DNA from: Azolla caroliniana
Taxonomy: Eukaryota > Plantae > Polypodiophyta
NCBI GenBank assembly: GCA_043228905.1
Contig: JBHGNT010000021.1
Span: 3,162,001 to 3,226,000 of the forward strand
DNA: 64,000 nucleotides
Reading direction: 5' to 3'
Shown here: positions 23,213 to 35,200 of the stretch, in pieces
Numbering within the stretch: the stretch's first letter is position 1
How the letters are laid out: each line of letters begins with the position of its first letter
Program-made: the position numbers and the translations under genes
Notes under the pieces: generated by a model
The model's input: the letters and a program-made list of their open reading frames with translations, nothing else
Databases searched by the model: none
What the model was told of the DNA's origin: nothing

Positions 23213-26200
23213 CTAAATTATAAGAAAAACATTAAAAAACATGTCTACCTCAGGCACTGCTCTGCATATATTTCTTCCTCGATCTTCTGCTTCACGATGT
23301 TAACAAGAGATCCTTGCAAGTCTAATTGCTTTGCAAGACGATGGTTGTCACTATGATGTACCACCAATTTTACCTAGAAAAAAAACCATATTTTACTGAC
23401 GAATCAATTGAAACCTGAAGTCAATGATCAAATGAAACAATAAGCTCACGTTGATCAATTGTTAAAATAAAAGGGGTGTACATCATGAAACGATAGAATA
23501 AGGTAGAAGAAGTGGTGTTTAAACACAAGGCAGAATAAGAAAATAGAGAAATTTGATTTAAAAGGATTGATCATAGAAGTCTTTCAAAACAACCAAATGA
23601 GAGGATATACAATTGAAAAAGAAAGATGCATATCATTAAATGACAGAATTTATTGCCCCATTAGAATAATCAAAGAAGATAACAAAGAGAAAAATAGACA
23701 GAGGAGAGACCTCCAAACATTGATCGACAAAGGATTGAAGTCAGAGTGAATAGGAGAGAAATGGAAAGGTAAAAGGAGGGAAATGGTACAAAACATACAA
23801 GGTCACCGAGAAAAGAAAAACAAACACATGCGCTAGTAAGAATAATAACCCAGTAGCGTAGAACCTACTCACCTTGTCTGGAAGCAACTTTGCTTGAATC
23901 AAATCATGCTCCCAGCTCCCACAATGGACAGTTATTTTTGCTGAAGATGCTACGACTGAATCTAGTAGCTCATTTTTTAAGGCATTTAGCCACTCTTTCC
24001 CTCTCCCAGGCCGAATGGTTGACACTACCAAATCTACCTGTCATCACATGAACACATTTCTTTCATCAGTTCCCCCAATTTAGTAAATACATATTGATAC
24101 ATCTATATATACCTGAGGACAGAATGCAATGACGGAGGTTGCCAACGGTGAGAACAACAATGCTGCTGATGCACCCATTGAATCACCAAGCATGACAACT
24201 CGCTTGTAATCCTTCACTGCTGCCTGGAGCTCCTGCCGGTAATATGAGCTCAGTTCTCCTCCAAATTCTTCTTCTTCAAGGTCATATTCGGTTAGTAAAT
24301 CAGACTCTTCAGCTACATGTTGGTAATCCTGAAAATTAGGTAACTAGTTATAAAGTGTAGTATATAGGCATCCTTTTGTATATAGATATTGTCGTCATGG
24401 CATTTGTACATGTTGCTCATAATGTTTAGCTACACGTTGCCAACTCTTGCCCACTTTGTTGCACTCTGTATACCAGGAGCGTCGACTATCAACAACATAT
24501 AAGACATCAAAAGCAGATTTAGTATTAGCCTTTAATGCTGCTTTTACACGACGCAATAATCCTCCCCTGGAAATAAAAGTAGCAAAAAATATGTCATTTT
24601 TTGCCTCATGCATAAGCACAATGATAGAAACAGTACAATAAAATTCATACTACCAGTTAGGTACTCCAGGAGCACTCCCAAAAGCGACAATGACAATATC
24701 TGCCACCACTTCTGTAGATTGATGAAGCTGCAAGTAGACAAATGCAATTGTATTAACAAGACACCTGGGGAAAATATGGAATAACCACACCATGAAAATA
24801 TCTAACCAATGCATCAAATACTGCGCAATTGGCTTCATAAAACAACAAAATACTTCCAGTTTCTATTATGTGGGCTACACAACGCCTACCAGGCCCTAAA
24901 TGTCTAGTAGCTATAGAATCTGCACTAAAATGAATGGGGTATAGAGATCCACACTCACAATGAGCAATCCATCCAGGATAAAGCCACATACATCCTTTAT
25001 CACCTTTATTTGGAGGACCCTTCACATAATGCATGTCATTATGTGCTTACAGTAGTGGGTGGAGATAGCTAGTACATAGATGCACACATTACACTTGTAT
25101 ACTCTATCATTATGGTGTACATGCAACCAACTCTGCAACATTGATCTTAGTAAGGGAGCCATTGAGAGATGTACATAGTTCCACAACATTGATCCAAAAG
25201 AGAATTTTGCTGCTAGGTTCCAGCACATACATCCCACAAGATCCCTGAGTGTGGGTTCATTAAGGCGAGGAAAGTAGCAAGCTGTTTCCTCTGGAGGGGA
25301 ATGCGAGAGCTGTGGCCTTTGCTAATTCAACATAGAGATGCAAATTCCATTCAAGAAAACTGCATGCACAGAAGGAGACTCCATATGTAAAGCAGCAGCA
25401 AGAAGAATGTGACACGGCTAGTGTGCATCAAGCATCACCCCATCAAAATGAATGTGAGAAATGTTCTCTTGCAAGTGACCGTCGCAATAACAAAACCATT
25501 TTCCTCTGCTATTAAACTCATCATTTCACAAGTATGGCCACTCTTATTCTGCGTACATAACCAATCGTCCATTATACTTGATAATAATAAAAATGAGTGC
25601 GTGTCAGAAGAAAGCTATACAAGTATAAGACTTCTGAAGAGTTTATGATACACTTTGTAGATACCTTGAAATATCCTCCAAAAGAGGGAGCAAGCCCAGT
25701 TCCAGTGACTTTTGATATTTTTAAAACTTTCCCGAGTCCAAAATGAACACTTGAAGGGAAAATCTGTGCACATGCAGGAATAGATATATCTTCATGACAC
25801 TGATGTACTACAAATATATGGATACTTCTTATCAGGTGAAAAACGTCATTTTCACCGTAAGTGAGTCCACTCCAAGGGAGCTGAGATTTTGCGGTAAAAT
25901 GAAAGATTCATGAACAGGATTTAAAGGGTTTCCCTGCAGTCAGAAAAGATATTTCATGAGTGTAAAAATAATCAAGTGATGGAAATAATTGATCATATTT
26001 TCAAAGTCTATAAATAAATAAGGGACCTCTAACCATAATCTTCGTAACTCCATTAAATTAAACAAATCATTTGGAAGTTGTGTGATCTTGTTTCCATATC
26101 TGCATCATGTGAGTGTGAGTGTTAGCTATTTACCCAAAGCTATCACACTATACAGGGAAAGTAATATCTTCTGAAAATAGGTTTCTATTTAATTTATATT

Positions 26201-29200
26201 TCTTTGTGGCCTTTTAGAGATCGTTAGCCAACATAGAACACTTTTCAGAGATTGTCATACAAAAAGTGGATGTCTTCTAAAAACTTTGTCCAAAATGGCA
26301 GACAGAATTGGCCTAACCTATGATAGTTCAGGAGATCGTTTCCATGAACTTGACATGCATCCGAACATGCATCAATGAAAAAGCAGATATCCAAAGAATT
26401 GAAAATACAACTCCGCCACAACTCAAATGAATCATCACAAACCTCAAATTCACTTGCTATGTCATTAAATAAGTAAATTACTTATCCTCAAATAGATGGA
26501 AGGTTTGCACGGTTTGCTGGGGCTTCAGCAGCACAACAATTTAGATAAACTCAAATTGGATGGACAATTTTAACCCATATTGAGATCCATCCCAGTTGTT
26601 ATAACCCTCACAAAACATCCTCAATCTTCATAAAGGATGCTTATGCTTACCTGATTGCCCAATCGTTTCATAGTAGATATTTAAAAGAAAGCACCTTACT
26701 TGTGTTTACCTTAACACAGAATTGGTATAGAATTTACAATTACCTAAGTGAGCCAAGAGGCATGAAAATTTATTGAAGCGACTAACAACAAAATGCATGC
26801 TCGTGAACATAGAAATAGAATACTCAGCATATAACAGAAATGAATCAGGGTGTTCAAGAATCTGAAACACAATAAAATTTCACATGGTTTTTACACTGGT
26901 AAATCTCACTACCTATACACTGACACTTACAATGAGAGTGTTTCCAAACGATGTAATTCTCCAATTGATTCAGGAAGTTCTGTTAGATCATTATCTGCAA
27001 TAGATAGTTCCTTCAAAGAGCTCAATCCACTCAAGTCTGATGGTAGTTTCTTGATACAGTTACCCTGATCATGTTGGAATACAGCCTCATATTACCAAGT
27101 GAAAAAAAATGTTCGCAGAAAAGGTCCAAAATGATATTCTTTCTTTAACGAATGGGACAATTTTCCAGGATATCCATAACGAAAACGTGCTTGCATATAA
27201 TGTTTTTACCTGTAATGAAAGCTCTTCCAATGATGAAAGCATTTTAATGCTAGTAGGTAGAGACTGCAAAATGTTCCCATTTGCAGCTAGAACTTTGAGA
27301 GCATTCAGACTCCCCAATCCTGAAATTTCAAAAATGTAGTATTCCCTGTTCAGATGCTACATGCACATATAATAGAACCAAACAATCGTTTTCTCAGTTG
27401 AAGGAATCTGTTATTTTATATGTTATATGGTTAAAGTCATTATATTTGAAATGCCAATCCTCCTCCAGTATAGGTCGACCTGAATTAAATGTCTCCCATA
27501 AAGACATCATCTCCTCTATTAATCACCATCAGAAAGCAGTTTTTCACCATTGTTTCTCTAGATAAGCTAAAATTATATACTTATTCATTGAAGAGAATAG
27601 CGCGGAATATAGCTCGGCCACAACCGAGTCTTGAATCACTTCGTTGGGAATCAAACACAGAAATGGGAATAGAGATAAATACTCGAACACACACAAACAA
27701 TTGAGAGTACACAAGATGTTTACGTGGAAAACCCTAGTAGTGAAAAACCACGGGAGCCCACTCCGAACTATCACTATTATGAGAGAGGTACAATCAGAGA
27801 CTTAGAGGCAATGACCTCGAGCTCTGTTTCTTCGCCAAGCAGGGGTTACAACAGAAACCGTTCTGTATCTCACTCTCTCTCTCTCTCTCTATCAACAGTT
27901 ATGCACATACAACAATATGGCTACAACACCCCATTACATAAAGTGATTGCCCTCAGTCATATTTATACTTATATGAACATAGGGCTATTTACAAATATAG
28001 CCTCAATAGGCTTACTCAAACAACATATTTACAGATATGTCTCTCTTCTGCTTCTCACCGGGTCTCCTACAGTTTCCGGATCTCTTCCGGTTCTCACTGG
28101 GTCCTCTTCATTCATCACCAAATCCCATCCGGAGGGACTGGTTTCCCAACAATCTCCCCCTTCACTTTGGCATGGGATGTCTCGTCAGCCCGATCCGCTT
28201 TCGGCACGCGTCCAAATTGTCGGTTTTCAGCACCTTGGTCAGTATGTCCGACCCATTATCCTCTGTGTGGATGTTCGTCAACACGAACTCTTGATCTTCT
28301 ACTCTCTCCTTGATCCAGTGGTAACTCCGTTGGATATGTTTCGTCCGGGAATGGTAGGCCGCGTTCTTTGCAAGGTGGATGGCCCTTTGACTGTCGCAGT
28401 AGAGCTGGTATTCCTCCTGTTGGATTCCTAGCTCTCCAATGAAGTCCTTCATCCAGATTATCTCCTTGCCGGCTTCCGCAACTGCCATGTACTCCGCCTC
28501 CGTGGTTGACAACGCAACCATCTTTTGCAGTCTCAACTGCCACGAAACAGCTCCCCCTGCATAAGTCATGACATATCCGGATGTAGACCGGCTGGTATCC
28601 GCATCAGCTGACATGTCCGAATCCGTGAATCCGTCAAGTTGGGGATTACCGGGGCCAAACTGGAGGCACGTACTCGAGGTGCCTTTCAGATATCGGAGTA
28701 TCCAATTGACCGCGTTATAGTGCTCTTTTTTGGGATTGCTCATGAACCGGCTCACCACTTGCGTACATACCATTGCGTACATAAAGCTTCCGATGACAGA
28801 GGCATATGGTATCTTCATCATATCCGTCTTCTCCGCCTTTGTCCTTGGGCTTTGTTTTCCGACATGTTGAACCGTTGAAGCACCTTTGTCACGTACTTCT
28901 CTTGTGACAACCACAACAGCTTCTTCGACCGGTCCCGGATGATGTGCATTCCCAATATTTGTCTTGCTAGACCCAAGTCTTTCATTGAGAAGGTCCGGTT
29001 CAAGGCCTTCTTCAGCATCCGAATCTTGCCTTGGTCCCGTCCGACGATCTGCATATCATCCACATAGAAGAGGAGTATTAGGAAATCTCCTCTGTCAAAT
29101 TTCTTCACAAACACACAGTGATCGGCTTGCGTTTTGTGGTACCCTTGGTCGGTCATGAAGGAGTCGAACTTCAGGTACCATTGCCGGGGAGCTTGCTACA

Positions 29201-32200
29201 ATCCATATAAGCTCTTCTTCAGCTAGCACACCAGGTGCTCCTTCCCTTTCTTCTCAAATCCTTCCGGTTGATGCATGTAGATCTCTTCTTTGAGGTCACC
29301 ATGTAGGAATGCCATCTTGACGTCCAGTTGCTTTACCTGGATGTAAACTTTACTACCGGGGCAAAGATCTCATTGAAGTTCACTCCTTTCTTCTGCTGGA
29401 AGCCCTTCACCACGATTCGAGCTTTGTACCTTGGCGGATTTCCGGCGTCTCCCGGTTTCAGTTTGTACACCCATTTGTTCCGGAGTGCTCTATTCCATTT
29501 CGGCAACTCCTTCAATTCGTATGTGTGGTTCTCATGCAAGGAATCCCTCTCGTCCTGCATGGCACTCAACCACTTGTGGCTGTGGGTCTCTCTTTGCTTC
29601 TTTGAAGCTTTCTGGCTCCCCCTCATTGATTAGCAACACATGCTCTGCATCCGAAAATCTCCCGGGGGCTCTTCTATCTCGGAGAGGATAACTCCGTCCT
29701 ACGTTTGTTTCTCATCCTCATCCGATTTGGGATCTTGTCCGGTTCCGGTGTCTTCTTCTTCTTCTTCTTCTTTGGTCGGTTCAGTTTCCTATTTGTATCC
29801 GACCGGTTCGTCGAGTGTCATCCGTTTACTGGCTAACATCCGGTTTTCAACTGCGTAGGTCCTTGTGTCCTCAAGCCAGTTTTCATTGGATGATCCGGAG
29901 TTGATCATCTTCTTCTCCAACTGCCAATCGGCAACTCATCATTGCCATATCCAAGGAATATGCATGGCCGGGACTTCGGATCTAGCTTTGTGCTCTTGTC
30001 CTTTGCCACATGCACATATGCGAGACACCCGAACACCTTCAGATGCCAGTAAGATATATCTTTACCGGTCCATACTTTCTGAGGTGAGTCTCCTCCCAAG
30101 GGTACTGAGAGTGATCTGTTTATCACATAGGTCGCTGTCGTCAGCGCCTTAGCCCAAAACGTCTTGGGTAACTTGGCATGTGCGAGCATGCTCGAGATTC
30201 TCTCCATTATGGTCCGGTTCATCCTTTCGGCCAGCCCGTTTAATTCTGGCGTCTTCGGCATGGTAAATTCGAGCTGGATTCCCTTCGACCGGCAATACTC
30301 CTCAAACCGGCCCCGGTATTCTTCTCCGTTATCTACTCGAACCACCTTCAGCTTCCGGCAGATTTCTCTTTCCACTCTCGCGTGGAGCTCCTTGAAGACA
30401 GATAGCACCCGATCCTTTGTCTTCAACGGTTAGACCCACAGGTTCCGGCTGTGGTCATCTATGAATGTCACGAAGTACTGCGCTCCGACATGTGACTTCG
30501 TGTCCACTTAACACACATCAGTATGCCCCAGTGTTGGGCAAAGTCCCAAGAACAGTGTCAACATTCCAATTGGGTTGGGACGTTTGCCGGCCAAGGTAGG
30601 GGGCAGCTGGAATTGATTCTGGCTAGGTTTTCCTACCAACCAGAATCTAGCCGGTTCATATTTTTTAAACCGGCTATTTATATAGTTTGTGGAAATAAAA
30701 AGGTTAAAAAAACATTTTTATTTACTCTTGAGTCTTTCCCCCTTTGCGTGTTTTTCTCCCCCCTCCTGTTTTTCTCCCTCTCTGTCAATTTTTGTCTCCC
30801 TCTCGGTCGATTTCTATTTTTGCTCACAACTCCCTCGTTGCTCCCTGTCAATACTCCTTCGGACTTCATCATTGCTCATTCCTCGTTGATTGCCGCTCAC
30901 TGCTTCTTCCTCACTAATTGCCGCTCGTTGATCGCGGCAATATTTAGAGAGGGAGAGTGAGAGGGTACAAGTAACAAGACCGTAATATTGAAAAATGTGC
31001 ACTCACCCCGCAATAGGGAGTAACAAGTGGCGAGTGGCGATCAACGAGCGCCAATTAGCGAGTGATGAGCGCCAATTAGTGAGGAAGAAGCAATGATCAA
31101 TGAGCGGCGATCAATGAGGAAGGAGGAACGAGCAATGATGAAGTTTGAAGGAGTATTGATAGGGACCAACAAGGAGGGAGTTGTGAGCAAAAACAAAAAT
31201 CGACAGAAAGGGAGACAAAAATTGATAGAGAGGAGACAGAAATTGACAGAGAGGGAGAAAAACAAGAGGGGGGAAAAAAACACGCAAAGGGGGAAAGACT
31301 CAAGAGTAAATAAAAATGTTTTTTTTTATCCTTTTTATTTCCACAAACTATATAAATAGCCGGTTCAAAAAATATGAACTGGCTAGATTCCGGTTGGTAG
31401 GAAAACCTAGCCAAAATCAATTCCGGCTGCCCCCCACCTTGGCCAGCAAAAGACCCAACCCAACCGAAACGTTGACACTGTTCCTAGGACTTTGCCCAAC
31501 ACTGGGTTTAACTCATTCTCCTTGGTAATGAGCATCAATTCTTCTTCACTTGTCGCAATTGCCAACGTTCCCTTCCAATCCGGGCCTCTCCGGTCCGAAC
31601 CGTTTCGGTCCGAAATCTTCTTCGAATCGGTGATGCCGGTTTCTTTCTCTTTCCGGAAATGCTGACAGTTCTTCTAGAAATGCCCCAGCTTCCCGCAATA
31701 GAAGCAAGTAGGACTCCCCCTTGACTTCGACCTCGTCCCCGACTTGTCCCAGTTTTGGGGACTCCGATACCAGCCTCTTCCCCGGTTGTGGCCTTCGGAT
31801 CGGTTCCGGACTCCCGGTCCTTCCGGCGAGCTTCTTCATCTAGCAAGCTTGACTTTACCCTTGTTAGGGACAATTGTTTTCCTTCCGGCCTGGTGTTGCC
31901 CAACGTGACAACTAGCGTCTCACAACTATCCGAGAGGGAACCGAGTACCTCATCAGCAAGAGGTACTTCCAACGAGGTTGCTTGGTGGATCAGTCCCTGG
32001 AAGGCATTCATGTGCTCCCCCATACTAGAGCCGTCCTGGTACCGAAGCCTCACTAGCTTCCGGAATACCAAAACCCGATTAACAACATTCTTGTTCTGGA
32101 ACATGATGCCAACCTTCTCCTAGAGTTCATGAGCCTTGCTCTCTTAATTGAAAACGTTTTACATGCTCATGTCGATGAAGCACCGGATGTATGCCATCGT

Positions 32201-35200
32201 CTTCATGTGCATCACCTCCCACACTGTGGCGTCGATCTTATCCGGTCTCTTGTCCCCGAATTGAACTGGCAATCAAAGATCTTTGACCACCAACATATCC
32301 CTCATCTTCGACTTCCACACTAAGTAGTTGGAGCCAGTGAGCTTGAACATGCTGCTGAACAATTCTTCCATTTTCTATGTTGTTCACTCTGATACCAGTT
32401 TGAAGAAAATAGTGCGGAATATAGCTCGGCCACAACCGCGTCTTGAATCACTTCGTTGGGAATCAAACTCAAAAATGGGAATAGAGATGAAGAAGAACAA
32501 AGGAGCAACACAGAGAGACAAACAGACATTCGATTGAGACGGCACGGATGGAGCAGAAGATGACTAAACCAAGAAAACCAAGTGAAGAAGAAGAAGAAGT
32601 TGTAATGAAAGAAAGAACCAAAGGAGGGGAGAATTTGACAGGAGGCAAAACCTAGAAAAAGAACAAGAGTGCACACGAAAAGCATGAAAAGAAGAAAGAG
32701 AAGACAACGAATCGATATAGACCGAAAGAAAGAAAGAACAAGAAAAGTAAAAGAGAGGGGTTGAGTGGTGAATTCAGAAAACAGGATGGCAAATGGAGAA
32801 TTTTTAAAAATTCAAGGGGCAACTAACGAAATTTAAAAAAACGTAAAGGTAGCTATTAAAATAAATTTCAAAAACAGAGGGCTATGAGATAGAATTTTAG
32901 AAACTCAATGGTACAAAAACTTATCACTACTCACACCAATGAAAAAAAAAAATATGTACACACACCCACAATTATATTTGACTTTACCATAGTGGAAGAG
33001 AGCCGATTGGTATGTGATCCAATCGTGCAATATGTTGACCGAACAAGAAGGTTCATGTCAAGCCAGCTCCAATTGAAGATATCGATCGTAGAGCAGTGTT
33101 CTAATCGAGGGATTTCCGACCGTCGAAAGATGACCGATGGAGTTTCCAATCAACGAGTTTTTGGCATGGGATTTGTGGGATCAACATGCAATGCACTGTC
33201 CCACGGGCGTGCCAGGTGTTACCCGTATAGGTGTACTAGAGGGTTAGGTCTAATGTGAATGGTGTGTAAGCTGTAATATGATATAATAATGTGTGAGTGT
33301 TAGGTGGGGTAAGTAGGTGTAACTACCCCAATCGGCTTTTGTAATGATGAGATCTTGTACTATTTAAACCCCACTCATGAGGCATGAAAAAAGAGAGAAA
33401 TATATTGGCGTTACACCCTCAACTTGTGTCTCTCTCGATTCCCTCCCTCTCTATTTCATTCTCTGTCTATGCATCTCTCTCTCCCTCTCTCTCCCCTCAC
33501 ATTCGAACCCCCTTGGGAGGGGGGTGGAGCCAAGCTCAGCTCAACCCCCCTCCTAATGGGGTTCAAATATGAGGAAGAGGGAGAGAGAGATGCACACACA
33601 ATGAGACAGAGGGAATCGAGATAGACATAGTTGAGGGGTAACTCTAATATATTTCTCTTTTTTTATGCCCCATGAGTGGGGATTTATATAGTAAAAAATC
33701 TAATCATTACAAAAAGCCGAATGGACGTAGGTACACACACATTCCCATTTCATATTACACCTTACACACCTTCCACATTACACCTAACCCTCCTGTACAC
33801 CTATACGGGTAACACCTGGCACACCCGTGGGACAGTGCATTGCACGTCAATCCCACAAAGCTCATGCCAAAAACTCATTGACCAGAAACTCCATCGGTCT
33901 TCTCTTGACGGTCAAAAATCCCTCGACCGAATTACTGCTCTACGATCGATAACTTCGATCAGAGCTAGCTTGACACGAACCTTCTCGTTCGGTCATATCG
34001 CACGATTGGACTACACACCAATCGGCTTGTCCATTGTGGTAAAGTCGTTAAGGGTTTTAAAAAATTGTGTGTATGTGTATACATATATTTTCTTACATTG
34101 GTGAGAGTGGTGATAAGTATTTTGTACTATTAAGTTTTTGAAATATTATTTTGTACCCCTCAAATTTTTGAAATTCTAGTAGGTACCCTTAAGTTTTGGG
34201 AATTCTATCAGTTGCCCTTGAGTTTTTGAATTTGATTCTTTGTACCCCTTTGTTTTAGGTTTCCTTTTTGTTTTTCTCGCTTTCTTCTTCCTCGTTGTTC
34301 GTCTTCTTCTTCCTCACTTTTCCTCTTTCTTCTTCCTCTTTTGTCATAATTCTTGCCTGTTCGATTTCGATTTCGATTTCTCTTTCTTCTCTCTTCTTCT
34401 TCGTTTTCATCTTTTTTTGCGTTCTTCTCTTCTTCTTGTCTCCTCGTTTGTCTTGGATGATCCTGTAGAAACCATGGCATCGTTTGTCTTGGATGATCCT
34501 GTAGAAACCATGGCAAAGCTCGGTGGAGCTCTCTCTCTCTTGTCCGTTTTGGTCTGTATTTGTGTCTTTGTATGTCCCGGTGATCTCCGTCTATCGGTTG
34601 GTTGTCCGGTGGCTGTCGGACCGTCTATCCATCACATCTGTCTCTTGCCACCGGTCGTCTCTCGTCGTTTATCATCACCGTCCGTTGTCTATCCAGCCGG
34701 TTGTCTTTGTCCGGTCCGGTTGTCTCTCTACCAGTCGTCCCTCGGCCGTCTCTATGGTCGGTTGTCGAATGTTGTTGTCATCTGTTGTCCGGCTCTATCT
34801 ATCGGTCGGTTGTCGCTTCGCCATCATTTGGCAATCACTCCGTTGACGCTCAGACGGCCATCCCTTAGTTGTCTCTCAGCTCATTGTCTCTTGGTTGTCA
34901 CTGCCCGTCGGCCGGCTAACCATGGTCATGTGTTCGACCGTGTCTTTCCGGCGTCTTTTTGTCGCGTCCGTCCAACGGCAACCGAATCGTGGGTTGGCCG
35001 TTTTTGGACCATCTCGTGGCAATCATTCGGCCGCGTCTCGACCCGTGCTCAATTTCTTGGCCATGTCTTGGCTGTCATTCAGTCGACTCTTGGCCACACT
35101 CTGGGCCGCTTGGCCAGTAGTGAGCAGTAGGAGGTCGGCTCGAGAAGAACCAGAAAAGAAGCATCAACAAATAAGAAAGAAAGTCGAAGAAAAAGAAAGG

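Noticed and set aside
27724-28431. 235-aa + strand ORF
   Set aside because: Antisense to the Copia RNase H and 3' LTR; explained by the retrotransposon.
34240-35130. 296-aa ORF in the core of long-TIR copy X as a transposase
   Set aside because: Low-complexity A-poor strand lacks stops by composition; no DDE, HUH or tyrosine-recombinase motifs seen.
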